Assembly (NCBI GenBank): GCA_963702425.1
Contig: CAVPCQ010000029.1
Span: 20,593-84,592, forward strand
Direction: 5' to 3'
From: an uncultured Acidobacteriota bacterium
GTDB taxonomy: Bacteria; Acidobacteriota; Polarisedimenticolia; J045
Length of the DNA stretch: 64,000 bases
The notes beneath the pieces were generated by a model, which was not told the origin of the DNA, did not search any database, and saw nothing but the letters and a program-made list of their open reading frames with translations. Positions 1 to 10,282 of the stretch are shown here, piece after piece (the stretch's first letter is position 1; every line of letters begins with the position of its first letter). Position numbers and translations under genes: made by a program.

Positions 1-55
1 CCTTCGTGAAAGGGGTGGTGATCGCGGGCAGGACGCCCTTCCAGCGCATCGTCAT
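1..55 (-). CDS. DapA/dihydrodipicolinate synthase family protein, N-terminus only (likely Delta1-pyrroline-4-hydroxy-2-carboxylate deaminase); runs off window
   Basis: Manual translation from ATG at 55: MTMRWKGVLPAITTPFTK (G..PA..TPF DapA N-terminal motif); ATGA overlap with stop of upstream gene; hydroxyproline operon context. Confidence 0.75.
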   Translation of the reverse strand, partial: MTMRWKGVLPAITTPFTK

Positions 56-1440
56 CGCGTCGGTCCTTCCGCACCGGCCGGCGGGATCTCGCCCGCGGCC
101 GCCAGGCTGTCGAGGCGCACCGGTACGGCCGGCGGCCGCACCGAGTCCGCACCCCATCCGAACAGGAACTCCGTCGCCGCGCCGCAGACGCGCCCCTGGC
201 AGGGGCCCATCCCGCAGCGCGTCCTGAGCTTCGCCGCGCGCCACCCGGGCTGGCCTTCGAGGACCGCGAGGGCGACGTCCTCGCAGCGGCAGACCACCGT
301 GTCGGGCCGTGCGAGCGCGCGCAGATCGTCGCGCAGCGCGAAGGCCTGCGCCATCGCCCGGCCGAAGGCGCGGGCCCGGGCTCGCGCGCGGAGCAGGGAC
401 CCCGGAATGCCGGATGCGCCGGATGCACCGGGCGTGGCGTGCACACCGGCCCCGGACCCCTCCCCGGCGCCGCGGAGCCGCCCCGCCGCCGCGAGCCCGG
501 CGATCTCCCCCTCCGCCAGCGCCGCGTCGAGCCCAGCGATCCCGACGATCTCACCCGCGGCGAAGACACCCGGCACCGAGGTTTCCTGCCGCGCGTCGAC
601 CGGCACCAAGCCCCCGACGACCGAGCACCCGAAGAGTCTCGCCGGTTCGGTGTTCGCGCCCAGTCCGAAGGCGCACGCCAACCGGTCGCACGCGACCTCG
701 CGCGTGCGCCGCCCGTCGGTCAGGAGCACCGCCGACAGCGAGTCCTCGCCGCGCGCCTCGACCGGCCAGGTCCCGGTCCGGTACGGCGTGCCGGCCAGCG
801 CTGCGCGGTACCGGGCCGCATCGGCCAGCTTCGCGGGCCAGCGCCCGAGCGAGGCCGCGAAGCGCGCGACCCGCCGCCACGGCGCCTGCTCGGCCACCAG
901 CAGCACGCGCGCCCCGTGCCGCTTCAGCTCCCGCGCGACCGCGAGCAGCAGCGGGCCGCTCCCGGCCACGACGACGCGGGCGCCCGCGACCGCGGTCCCC
1001 GATTTCACCAGCGCCGCAAGCCCGCCCGCGCCGGTGACGCCCGGCAGCGTCCATCCCGGGAACGGCAGGAACAGCTCGCGCGCGCCGGGGCAGAGCACGG
1101 CGCGGGCGTGGTGCACGGCGAGCGCGCCGCGCGGCGTCTCCGCCAGCGCGAGGCCCGGCGCAGGGCGCGCGAAGAGCCGCGCTCCGGTCATCAGCCGCAC
1201 CGCCGGGTGGTCCAGCGCGGCCAGCCACGGCGCCGCCGCGCGATCGTCGGCCGTGCGACCGACCTTCACGCCGGCGCCGACTCTGCCCACCCCGCGCCAG
1301 ATCTGTCCGCCCGGCGCAGGGTTGTCGTCGAGCACGACGACGCGGCAGCCCGCGCGCGCCGCCGCACCCGCCGCCGCGAGACCGGCCGGGCCGGCGCCGA
1401 CGACGAGCACCTCGCAGGTCAGAGCCGTGGGCGCGCTCAC
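52..1440 (-). CDS. FAD/NAD(P)-binding oxidoreductase, HcnB/OoxA-like subunit of putative D-hydroxyproline dehydrogenase
   Basis: VLVVGAGPAG Rossmann motif; C-terminal CRCE...CGMGPCQGRVC Fe-S motif; GTG at 1440 overlaps upstream TGA. Confidence 0.85.
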   Translation of the reverse strand: MSAPTALTCEVLVVGAGPAGLAAAGAAARAGCRVVVLDDNPAPGGQIWRGVGRVGAGVKVGRTADDRAAAPWLAALDHPAVRLMTGARLFARPAPGLALAETPRGALAVHHARAVLCPGARELFLPFPGWTLPGVTGAGGLAALVKSGTAVAGARVVVAGSGPLLLAVARELKRHGARVLLVAEQAPWRRVARFAASLGRWPAKLADAARYRAALAGTPYRTGTWPVEARGEDSLSAVLLTDGRRTREVACDRLACAFGLGANTEPARLFGCSVVGGLVPVDARQETSVPGVFAAGEIVGIAGLDAALAEGEIAGLAAAGRLRGAGEGSGAGVHATPGASGASGIPGSLLRARARARAFGRAMAQAFALRDDLRALARPDTVVCRCEDVALAVLEGQPGWRAAKLRTRCGMGPCQGRVCGAATEFLFGWGADSVRPPAVPVRLDSLAAAGEIPPAGAEGPTR

Positions 1441-1763
1441 GCGGGCCCCCCGCGCCCGGCTGTGCTCGCGGCCGCCCCCGCGGCCCCGCTCGGGCCCGCG
1501 CCCGCCGCTACGCCCGCGGCGGCTGTCTCGACGCGCATCCCTTCCGCGCATGGCGTCTGGCAGGCCAGGCGGTGCGGCTCGCCGTCGATCGCGACGCGGC
1601 ACTCGTGGCAGATCCCGATCCCGCAGAGCGGCGCCCGCGCGGCGCCCGTGACCGAGTGCCGGAAGCTGACGATCCCCGCCGCGGCGACCGCCGCCGCGAC
1701 GCTGGCGCCGGCGGCCACGGTGACCGGGCGCCCGTCGACGGTGAGCGTCACGCCCGCGGCCAC
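1437..1763 (-). CDS. Small 2Fe-2S subunit (HcnA/OoxB-associated type)
   Basis: LTVDGRPV...[13 protein letters not shown]...RLACQT in the C-terminal part of ORF 1437..2822; GTG start at 1763. Confidence 0.85.
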   Translation of the reverse strand: MAAGVTLTVDGRPVTVAAGASVAAAVAAAGIVSFRHSVTGAARAPLCGIGICHECRVAIDGEPHRLACQTPCAEGMRVETAAAGVAAGAGPSGAAGAAASTAGRGGPA

Positions 1764-2887
1764 GGGTCCCTCCCCGCGAAACGCGCCGGCAGGTACGGCT
1801 CGCGTGGAATCGGCGACGCGCGCTCGAGCACCTGGTCCGCGATCAGCCGCGCGGTGCCGAAGGCGGTCGTGATCCCCAGCCCCTCGTGGCCGGTCGCGAG
1901 CAGCAGCCCGGCGTGCCCCGGCCACGGCCCGATCAGCGGCTGGCCGTCGGGCGTCGCCGCGCGGAAGCCGGTCCAGGCGCGCAGCGCGTGCATGTCCGCG
2001 ATCCGCGGCAGGTACGACCGCGCGCGCTCCAGCATCCGCGCCAGCAGCCGGTGGTCGATCGCGTCGTCGTCGACCCCCAGCTGCCGCGAGGAGCCGACCA
2101 GCAACTGCCCCGTCGGGCGCGGCTGCACGTTGAACGCGACCGACTCGCTGCCGAAGGTGTGCGCGCTCTTCAGGTACCCCAGCTCGACCAGCTGGTGCCG
2201 CACGAACCCCGGGTAGCGGTCGGTGATGACGAGGTGTCCCTTGCGCCGCCGCACCGGCACGCCGGGCGCCAGCTCCGGCGCCAAGACGCCGGTCGCGAGC
2301 ACGATCCACCGCGCCGCGCGTTCCGAGCCGTCCTCGCAGCGCACGGCGCGCTCCTCGATCCGCGCGACGCGCCGGCCTTCCTCGATCCGCGCCCCGTACC
2401 GGCGCGCCTCGTCCAGCAGCCACGGCACGACACAGGGTGGATAGATGACGGCGTCGTCCGGCACCAGCAGCCCGCCCGCGAGCCCTTCGCGCAGGGCCGG
2501 CTCGGCCGCGGCGAGCTGCCGCGCGTCCAGCACCTCCACCGCCACGCCGCGCGCGTGATAGGACGCACACCGCCGCCCGGCCGCGGCCAGCTCCTCGTCG
2601 TCCGCCGCCACCCACAACGTGCCGGGACGCGAGAACTCCGCTCCCTCCGGCAACTCGGGCGCCAGCGCGTCCCACAGGCCATGCGACAGCTTCGCCAGCC
2701 GGAACTCCGGCTCGTTGTCGTCGAGCACGACGACGTGGCCCATCCCCGCGGCGGTCGCGCCGCCGCCGGCGAGCCCCGCTTCGAGCACCGCCACGCGCAC
2801 CCCGGCGCGCGCCAGCTCCCACGCGCAGGCCGCGCCGACGATCCCCGCCCCGACGACGACCACCTCCGGGGAAGGGGAGCCGCTCAC
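1748..2887 (-). CDS. FAD-dependent D-amino acid oxidase family subunit (HcnC-like; putative D-hydroxyproline dehydrogenase)
   Basis: [42 protein letters not shown] motifs; GTG at 2887 overlaps upstream TGA. Confidence 0.85.
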   Translation of the reverse strand: MSGSPSPEVVVVGAGIVGAACAWELARAGVRVAVLEAGLAGGGATAAGMGHVVVLDDNEPEFRLAKLSHGLWDALAPELPEGAEFSRPGTLWVAADDEELAAAGRRCASYHARGVAVEVLDARQLAAAEPALREGLAGGLLVPDDAVIYPPCVVPWLLDEARRYGARIEEGRRVARIEERAVRCEDGSERAARWIVLATGVLAPELAPGVPVRRRKGHLVITDRYPGFVRHQLVELGYLKSAHTFGSESVAFNVQPRPTGQLLVGSSRQLGVDDDAIDHRLLARMLERARSYLPRIADMHALRAWTGFRAATPDGQPLIGPWPGHAGLLLATGHEGLGITTAFGTARLIADQVLERASPIPREPYLPARFAGRDPWPRA

Positions 2888-3835
2888 CGGGGAATCCCGT
2901 GCCGGAACGGGTCGCGCGGATCCAGCACGAGCGTCGCCTCGGCGGTCACGAACGCCGCGCCGCGGATCGTCGGGACGATCGCCCCGTCGACGATCTCGAC
3001 GCTCCCGGTGAAGACGCTGCCGACGACGCTCTCCTGGCGCCACGACTGGCCTGGGGCCAGCTTCCCGTCGGCGACCAGGCAGGCCAGCTTGGCGCTCGTC
3101 CCCGTGCCGCAGGGCGAGCGGTCGTAGGCCATTCCCGGGCAGAGCACGAAGTTCCGGCTGTCGGCGCGCTCGGAGGGGCCGAACAGCTCGACGTGATCGA
3201 TCTCGGCGCCGCCCCTCGCCGGTGATCCCCGCGCGCACCAGCGCCTCGCGGATCCGGGTCGCGCAGTCGGTCAGCCTGGGAGCGTTCGCGAGCGCGATCG
3301 TCTGCCCGTGCTCGGACACGAGGAAGAACCAGTTGCCGCCCCAGGCAACGTCGCCCGTCATCTTCCCGTAGCCGGCGACCTCGACCGCCACGCCGCGCCG
3401 GAAGCGGTAGCTGGGAACGTTGCGCACCGAGACCGTCCCGTCGCCGTGCAGCTCCGCCGTCACCGTCCCGACCGGGGTCTCGATCGCGCATCGGCCCGGC
3501 CCGATCCGGCCCAGATGCGCGAGCGTCACGACCAGCCCGATCGCCCCGTGGCCGCACATCCCGAGGTAGCCGACGTTGTTGAAGAAGACGACGCCGGCCG
3601 CGCACGACGGATCGACCGGCTCGACGACGAGCGCCCCGACCAGGACGTCCGACCCGCGCGGCTCGTTGACGACCGCCGAGCGCAGCCAGTCGTGCTCGCG
3701 GCGCAGGATCTCGCGGCACTCGGCGAGCGGAACGCGCGGCAGGTCCGGGCCGCCGGAGACGACGACGCGCGTCGGCTCGCCGCCGGTGTGCGAGTCGATG
3801 ACCCGGAGCGCGCGCGGCCCTTCGGGCACGATCAA
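2884..3835 (-). CDS. 4-hydroxyproline 2-epimerase (proline racemase family), one frameshift near 3213
   Basis: [11 protein letters not shown] and GMCGHG in one frame, [12 protein letters not shown] in another; removing one G in GAGGGGCGG joins them ([15 protein letters not shown]). Confidence 0.88.
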
Positions 3836-5010
3836 TCTCCCGCGCCCGGCGTGCCCAGCGCGCCCGCCAGGCCCTTGACCCGCGCCAGCTCGAGGTACAG
3901 CGCCTCGGTCTGTCGCAGCTGCTCGTCCGCGCTGAACGCCCCGGCGCGCACGCGCGCCGCCTCGGCCATCGCGTCCAGCCGGGCCCGGTCACCCAGCACC
4001 GTCAGCAGCGCCTCGCCCAGCAGGTCCGGCCGGCGCGGCGGCACCAGGATCCCCGCCCCGGAGTCGCCCAGCGCCTCGCGGTTGCCGCCGACGTCGGTGA
4101 CGACCTGCGGGAGGCCCGCAGCCATCGCCTCGAGCAGCACGTTGCTGAACCCTTCACGGTGCGAGGCCATGACGTGCAGCGTCGCCAGGTGGTAGAGGTC
4201 GCGCACATCCTCGCGCATCCCGGTGACGAACAGGTCCTGCGCGAGGCCCAGCGCGGCCGCGCGCTCGTGCAGCGCGGCCGCCGCCGGCCCGTCGCCGACC
4301 CACGCCAGCGCCGCGCGGGGGTGGACGGCGCGCACCCGCGCGAACGCCTCCAGCAGGTCCTCGGGTCCTTTCTGCGCGTGGATCCGCGCGACTGTCATCA
4401 GGACCGGTTCCCGTCCCGCGAGCCCCAGTTCGGCGAGCAGCCGGGCGCGCACCGCCGGCGCCGGCGGCTCGCGGAAGCGGTCGACGTGCACGCCGTTGTA
4501 GATCACCCGGCCGTTGTCGAGCGGCGGGGTGAAGGTCGCCAGGTAGTCGTCGTGGACCGCGCGGCTGACGTGCAGCGTGACGTCGCGCCGCGGCGACCAG
4601 CGCCGCTCCGCGCGGATCTGCGCGCCGGTGAACGCCTCGCCCACGTTGTGGAAGTTGGCGATCCGCACCGGCACGCCCGCCATCGCCCCGGCGCGCGCCG
4701 CGTAGAGCGACGGGACCAGCGTGTGCCCGTGCACGATGTCCGGCCGGAATGCCTTCATGAAGCGCGACAGCTTGAACGCCGACCAGAGCGTCGCCAGGTG
4801 GCCGTGGCAGCGCACGACCGTCACCGGGACGCCGCGCTCCTCGAGCAGTGTGGCGACGGTCCCGGCGCGGCGGATCGAAACCACGCGGACCTCGAAGCGC
4901 GCCCGGTCGAGCCGCGGCAGCAGGTCGAGCAGGCGCATCTCGATCCCGCCGGTGTCGAGCCGGCTGACGACGCGCAGCACGCGCAGCCGTCGGGGCGCGG
5001 GGGCGGTCAC
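3832..5010 (-). CDS. Glycosyltransferase family 4 (GT-B)
   Basis: [37 protein letters not shown] motifs. Confidence 0.9.
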   Translation of the reverse strand: MTAPAPRRLRVLRVVSRLDTGGIEMRLLDLLPRLDRARFEVRVVSIRRAGTVATLLEERGVPVTVVRCHGHLATLWSAFKLSRFMKAFRPDIVHGHTLVPSLYAARAGAMAGVPVRIANFHNVGEAFTGAQIRAERRWSPRRDVTLHVSRAVHDDYLATFTPPLDNGRVIYNGVHVDRFREPPAPAVRARLLAELGLAGREPVLMTVARIHAQKGPEDLLEAFARVRAVHPRAALAWVGDGPAAAALHERAAALGLAQDLFVTGMREDVRDLYHLATLHVMASHREGFSNVLLEAMAAGLPQVVTDVGGNREALGDSGAGILVPPRRPDLLGEALLTVLGDRARLDAMAEAARVRAGAFSADEQLRQTEALYLELARVKGLAGALGTPGAGD

Positions 5011-5124
5011 GGCCGGTCCTGTGCGGTCACGGGAGTCGATTCTAGCGGCTCTTCCCGGCTCCTCGTCACGGATCCCGGCCCCCCGCTATCATGACCCCGG
5101 CAAGAGCCAGGCCAGGAGCCCCCG

Positions 5125-5961
5125 ATGACGCTTCGCAGGCCGATCCCCCCCGGTCGCACCGAAGAGAGCCTCCGGCGGCAGTACGAAGTCGAGCGCGCGC
5201 TCGCCGACCGGCTGCGCGCCGCCGGCCGGGACGACCGCTCGCGGCTCTACGCCACGATGTACGACGAGCTGTTCCGCGCCGTCCCCGATCACCCCCGACT
5301 CACCGCGGCGGAGGAGCCGGAGCGGCTGGCCGCGAAGAACCGGGACAAGCTCTCGCTGGTCGAGCCCTGGCTGCGGCCCGACGCCGTCTTCGTCGAGTTT
5401 GCTCCCGGCGACTGCTCGTTCGCGACGCTCGTCGCGGGCCGGGTCGGGAAGGTGTACGCGATCGACATCTCCGACCAGCGGCCCGCGGGCGCGCCCCGGC
5501 CGGCGAACCTCGAGCTGGTCATCTACGACGGCTACCGCCTGGCGATCCCGCCGGGAACGGCGGACCTCGTATTCAGCGACCAGTTCCTCGAGCACCTGCA
5601 CCCCGAGGACGTGGGCGAGCACCTGCGGCTGGCCCACGCGCTGCTCCACCCCGGCGGGCTCTACGCCCTGAGGACGCCGCACCGCTTCTTCGGCCCGCAC
5701 GACATCTCTCGTTACTTCGCCGACGAGCCGCACGGGTTCCATCTGAAGGAGTGGACGCACGCGGAGATGGCGGAGGCCCTGCGGGTGGCCGGTTTTGGCG
5801 CGATCCGGGGTGCCCGGCGGGTCCGCGGCCGGTACCGGTCCGTCCCCCTCAGGCCCCTCGTGGTCGCCGAGCGGCTTCTCGGAACGCTGAAGGGGCGCCT
5901 CCGGCAGCGGCTGAGCCGGCCGTTCCTCGCCCGGAACCTGGCGCTGCTCGCGACGCGCTGA
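5125..5961 (+). CDS. Class I SAM-dependent methyltransferase
   Basis: VEFAPGDCSF (motif I variant), DLVFSDQFLEHL, LLHPGG. Confidence 0.8.
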   Translation: MTLRRPIPPGRTEESLRRQYEVERALADRLRAAGRDDRSRLYATMYDELFRAVPDHPRLTAAEEPERLAAKNRDKLSLVEPWLRPDAVFVEFAPGDCSFATLVAGRVGKVYAIDISDQRPAGAPRPANLELVIYDGYRLAIPPGTADLVFSDQFLEHLHPEDVGEHLRLAHALLHPGGLYALRTPHRFFGPHDISRYFADEPHGFHLKEWTHAEMAEALRVAGFGAIRGARRVRGRYRSVPLRPLVVAERLLGTLKGRLRQRLSRPFLARNLALLATR

Positions 5962-6081
5962 GTTCTCCGGTGGAGCTCCGGCCTCGCCCGACCGCTTCGC
6001 GTCCAGCGCGCAGCCGCTCTCCGAGCGACGGTCTGCCCACCCCTCGCGTGCACGGTGACCTCCCGCGCTTGAACTAGTTCG

Positions 6082-7159
6082 ATGCGAGTCGGCGAGCAGC
6101 CGGGCTGGATCGCTACTGGGCTGGCCGCGCTGGCGATTGCGGTTGCATCGGCGTGGCTCGCGGGCGGTCCCGCGCTCCGCACCCGCGCGCAGCGCCTCGC
6201 GCTGCCCGCCGCAGCGCTCGCCCCGGCCGGCGTGGCGCTCGCAGCCCTGCTCCCCGCCACGCCGCGTCGTCCGGGAACCGCCGCCGCGATGCCCGCCGGC
6301 GCGCCGACCGCCGCCCCGAAGTCCGCGACCGTAGAGATACCGCCTTCGGCAAAATCAACGCCCCGGCGGTGATCGAGAACGACTCGCGCGACGTGGACCT
6401 CTACATCGCGCGCTACGACGAGGAGATCGCCTTCACCGATGCCGAGATCGGACGTCTGCTCGACGCGGTCGACCGCCTCGGCCTGCGCGACGACACGCTG
6501 GTCATCCTCACGGCCGACCACGGCGAGAGCATGGCCGAGCACCTGATCTTCTTCACCCACGGGAAGGCGCCGTACGACACCGCGCTGCGCATCCCCCTGA
6601 TCGTCCGCTACCCGAAGGCGATCACCGGGCCGCGCGTGGTCGAGACCGTGGTCGAGACGACCGACCTGGCGCCGACGATCTTGGAGGCGGTCGGCGTGTC
6701 GCGGTCGCCGACCTACGAGGGACAGAGCCTCTGGCCGCTCCTGCTGGGCGAGAGCGGCGCGCCCGCCTCGCGCACCGTCTTCGCCGAGGAAGGTCCCACC
6801 GTCGACTTGCTCTCGCTCGTCGTCAGCGACGAGCGGCACAAGCTGATCTTCAACCCGCGCGGAGCCGCGCTGCCCGGCAGCGCGTTCCGTCCGCAATCGC
6901 TGCTCACCCGGAAGGGCCTGCAGCGGCCCTGTTGGGCCGCGCACGAGGGTCCGGGGGCGAACGAGGCGTGGGAGTTGTACGACCTCGTGGCCGACCCGGG
7001 CGAGACCAGGAACCCGTTCCTGGACCGGCCCGACCTGGTGGCCGCCCTCGAGCCGCCGCTCGCGCGCTGGGAGGCGTCCGCGCCCCCAAGCGGCTCGGGC
7101 TCGAGGACATCTCGGTCGATCAGCTCGAGCAGCTCGAGGAACTCGGGTACGTGAAGTAG
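6082..7159 (+). pseudogene. Sulfatase-family fragment (C-terminal half only, frameshifted)
   Basis: YDEEIAFTD, VILTADHGE, RIPLIVRYP, ELYDLVADPGE in ORF 6153..7154; LEELGYVK tail in another frame; N-terminal C/SxPxR catalytic region not found. Confidence 0.65.
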
Positions 7160-7171
7160 CGCGCGGCCCCG

Positions 7172-9232
7172 TCAGCAGCAGCGCGGGCCCCCCGCCGAGC
7201 GCGGCACGTCGCCCCACGCCGCCGGGGCCGCGGCGCCGCCGGTCCAGGGCGCCGGCGGGTCCGGCTCCAGCGCCAGGTGGCCGCGCAGGATCCGGTGCCA
7301 CTGTCGCACCGCCGACAGGACGACCGTCGCAACCAGCGCCAGGAAGACCAACGCCAGGAACGCATCGAGCCGGGCATTGAAGACCTGGATCCCCTTCGTC
7401 GCCTCGTCCACCGGGAGCGCGCCGCTCGCCATCGCGCTGGCCTTGGCGAGGAACCCGATTCGCGGGTCGGGGTGGAAGACGTACTCGATCCCGGCGGTCA
7501 TCGTCACCGACAGCAGCCAGGCTAGCGGGATCCCGGTGACCCAGGCGTACCGCTTCTTTCCCGTCCGCAGCAGGATCGTCGTGGCGATCGTCAGCGCGGT
7601 GGCGGCGAGCAGCTGGTTGGCGATCCCGAACAGCGGCCACAGCGCGCGGATTCCCCCGTGCGGGTCGATCACCCCGGCGATCACGAAGTAGCCCCACGCG
7701 GAGACGAACAGGGAGCTGGTGATCACGTTCGGGCCCCACCCCGTCCCGGCCAGCTTCGGCGCGACCCGCAGCAGCGCGTCCTGCAGGATGTAGCGCCCGA
7801 CGCGCGTGCCCGCATCGAGCGTGGTCAGAATGAACAGCGCCTCGAACATGATCGCGAAGTGGTACCAGAGCGCGGCCAGCGCCTCGCCGCCGAGGAACCG
7901 GTGGAAGATCTCGGCCATCCCCACCGCCAGGCACGGCGCGCCGCCGGTGCGGGCCTGGACCGTCTTCTCGCCGACCCGCTCGGCGAGCTGCTGCATCTGC
8001 TCGGCCGTGACCGGGAACCCCTGCTGGGTGATCCACTCAAGCGGCTTGGCGGTGTTGATCGCGAAGTACTCGCCCGGCGGGAGCGAGGCGGCGGCGATCA
8101 TCGCCATGATCGCGACGAAGCTTTCCAGCAACATCGCGCCGTAGCCGATGAAGCGCGCGTCGGTTTCGTGCTCGAGCAGCTTGGGCGTCGTGCCGGACGC
8201 GATCAGCGAGTGGAAGCCCGAGATCGCGCCGCAGGCGATCGTGATGAAGCAGAACGGGAAGATCGTCCCGCCGAAGATCGGTCCCGAGCCGTCGGCGAAG
8301 CGGGTCAGGGCGGGGAGGTGCAGCTCGGGCCGTACCGCGAGGATCCCGATCGCCAGCAGGAAGACGGTCCCCAGCTTGACGAAGGTCGAGAGGTAGTCGC
8401 GCGGCGCGAGCAGCAGCCAGACCGGCAGGATCGAGGCCGCCAGGCCGTAGGCGATCACGAGCCAGGCCAGCGGCAGGCGCGCCAGCGTGAAGGCCGGCCC
8501 GAGCGTCGGATGGACCGAGACCCAGTGCCCGCCCCACAGCGCGGCGAGCAGGAAGACCAGCCCGATCGAGGTCGCGATCCAGACCTCGCGCCCGTGGCCG
8601 CCGCGCATGATCAGCCCCATCCCCATCGCGATCGGGATCGTCATCCCGACGGTGAAGAGGCCCCACGGGCTCTCGGCCAGCGCGTTGACCACGACCAGCC
8701 CGAGCACCGCGATCAGGATGATCATGATCAGCAGGATCCCGATCGTCCCGGCGATCGCGCCCCACGGGCCGAGGTAGTCGCTGGCCAGCTTGGCCAGCGA
8801 GCGCCCGTCGCGGCGCGTGCTCATCACGAGCACGACGAAGTCCTGCACCGCGCCCCCGAGGACGCCGCCGATCAGGATCCAGATCGTCCCCGGCAGGTAG
8901 CCGAACTGCGCGGCGAGGATCGGGCCGATCAGCGGGCCCGGCCCCGCGATCGCCGCGAAATGGTGGCCGAAGACGACCCACCGGTTGGTCGGCACGAAGT
9001 CGTGGCCGTCGTCGTGGCGCACCGCCGGTGTGACGTTGGTGTCGCTGAGCCGCAGCACGCGGAAGGCGATGAAGTGCGAGTAGAAGCGGTACGCGATCGC
9101 GTAGGTGCAGACCGCGGCGATGACGACGTAGGCGGCGGAGATCGGCTCGTCGCGCGCGAGAGCGACCGTCGCGAAAGCGGCCGCGCCGGCCAGCGCGACC
9201 GCGACCCAGACCAGCCAGCGAAAGGGCGCCAT
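7172..9232 (-). CDS. cstA: Carbon starvation protein A (peptide/pyruvate transporter)
   Basis: GHHFAAIAGPGPLIGP, LAPRDYLSTF, ACGAISGFHSL, LWPLFGIANQLLA signature motifs; ATG at 9232. Confidence 0.95.
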   Translation of the reverse strand: MAPFRWLVWVAVALAGAAAFATVALARDEPISAAYVVIAAVCTYAIAYRFYSHFIAFRVLRLSDTNVTPAVRHDDGHDFVPTNRWVVFGHHFAAIAGPGPLIGPILAAQFGYLPGTIWILIGGVLGGAVQDFVVLVMSTRRDGRSLAKLASDYLGPWGAIAGTIGILLIMIILIAVLGLVVVNALAESPWGLFTVGMTIPIAMGMGLIMRGGHGREVWIATSIGLVFLLAALWGGHWVSVHPTLGPAFTLARLPLAWLVIAYGLAASILPVWLLLAPRDYLSTFVKLGTVFLLAIGILAVRPELHLPALTRFADGSGPIFGGTIFPFCFITIACGAISGFHSLIASGTTPKLLEHETDARFIGYGAMLLESFVAIMAMIAAASLPPGEYFAINTAKPLEWITQQGFPVTAEQMQQLAERVGEKTVQARTGGAPCLAVGMAEIFHRFLGGEALAALWYHFAIMFEALFILTTLDAGTRVGRYILQDALLRVAPKLAGTGWGPNVITSSLFVSAWGYFVIAGVIDPHGGIRALWPLFGIANQLLAATALTIATTILLRTGKKRYAWVTGIPLAWLLSVTMTAGIEYVFHPDPRIGFLAKASAMASGALPVDEATKGIQVFNARLDAFLALVFLALVATVVLSAVRQWHRILRGHLALEPDPPAPWTGGAAAPAAWGDVPRSAGGPRCC

Positions 9233-9331
9233 GGCGGGGAAATGTACACCAGCGCGTGGTCGTGCGGGGCGCCGCGCCGGGTGGCCGCGCGGTAGCGCCC
9301 CGCGCCGCCGGCGGGCGGGTAGAATGCCGCC

Positions 9332-10147
9332 GTGCCGATCGAGGAACCCAACGCAGTCGTGCTGCACCGCGAGGACCTCTCTCCCGTCCTGATGATCCTC
9401 CGCGTCGCGCCGCGCGGCTGGGAGCTGCCCGACTTCCTCCCCGGGCAGTACGGCACGATCGGACTACCCCCCCTGGCGCCACGCCTGCCCGGCTGCGATC
9501 CCGAGCCGGAGCCGCCGCCGCCGGACAAGCTGATCAAGCGTGCCTACTCGGTCGCCTCGTCGTCGGTCGCGAAGGAGTACCTCGAGCTCTACATCTCGCT
9601 CGTGACCTCCGGCACGCTGACGCCGCGCCTCTGGATGCTCGCGTCGGGCTCGCCGATCTGGCTCGCGCCGCGGATCGTCGGGACCTTCACGCTGCGGGAG
9701 GTCCCCGCGGACAGGAACCTCGTCCTGATCGCGACCGGGACCGGGCTCGCGCCGTACGTCTCGATGCTGCGCACCGAACTCGGCGTGCGGGCCGGAGCCC
9801 GCTTCGCGGTCCTGCACGGGGCCCGGCACTCCTGGGATCTCGGCTACCGGTCCGAGCTGCTGACGATGCAGCGGCTGTCGAAGAACCTGGCCTACATCCC
9901 GGCGATCTCGGCCCCGGACGCCGAGCCGGTCCCGTGGGCGGGGCACAGTGGCTACGTCCAGCACCTCTGGGAGCGCGGCCTCGTCGCCGAGGCGTGGGGC
10001 GCGGAGCCGCGGCCGGAGGACACCCACGTCTTCGTTTGCGGCAACCCGAAGATGATCGAGACGATCCTCCCGATTCTCGCCGCGCAGGGCTTCCGGGAGC
10101 ACACGAAGAAGGCGCCCGGAGAGGTCCACACCGAAAAGTACTGGTAA
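9332..10147 (+). CDS. fpr: Ferredoxin/flavodoxin-NADP+ reductase
   Basis: RAYSVAS, ATGTGLAPY, CGNPKMI, terminal EKYW. Confidence 0.9.
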   Translation: MPIEEPNAVVLHREDLSPVLMILRVAPRGWELPDFLPGQYGTIGLPPLAPRLPGCDPEPEPPPPDKLIKRAYSVASSSVAKEYLELYISLVTSGTLTPRLWMLASGSPIWLAPRIVGTFTLREVPADRNLVLIATGTGLAPYVSMLRTELGVRAGARFAVLHGARHSWDLGYRSELLTMQRLSKNLAYIPAISAPDAEPVPWAGHSGYVQHLWERGLVAEAWGAEPRPEDTHVFVCGNPKMIETILPILAAQGFREHTKKAPGEVHTEKYW

Positions 10148-10282
10148 GTCGCAGCGCCGGCAGCCGCTGGCCGAATCGCCGGAGCCCGCTACAATCCGCC
10201 GCAGGACACCCGCCGGACCGAGTCGGACTGGACCGCGGCGCCGTCCGCGGTACGTTCAGCAGCCGAGAGAGGACCTGCCCGC

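Noticed and set aside
52-2887. HCN synthase (hcnABC) call
   Set aside because: Same families, but the flanking Hyp epimerase and DapA-like gene favour D-hydroxyproline dehydrogenase
3205-3220. Programmed ribosomal frameshift in epimerase or murI
   Set aside because: No slippery heptamer or stimulatory structure; indel error is simpler
1748-3835. Apparent 695 aa epimerase-oxidase fusion in the ORF track
   Set aside because: Artefact of one frameshift near 3213; the epimerase C-terminus lies in another frame and the oxidase has its own GTG start
7100-7175. Selenocysteine read-through of the TGA after cstA RCC
   Set aside because: No SECIS-like element I can support; read-through would run into the convergent sulfatase fragment
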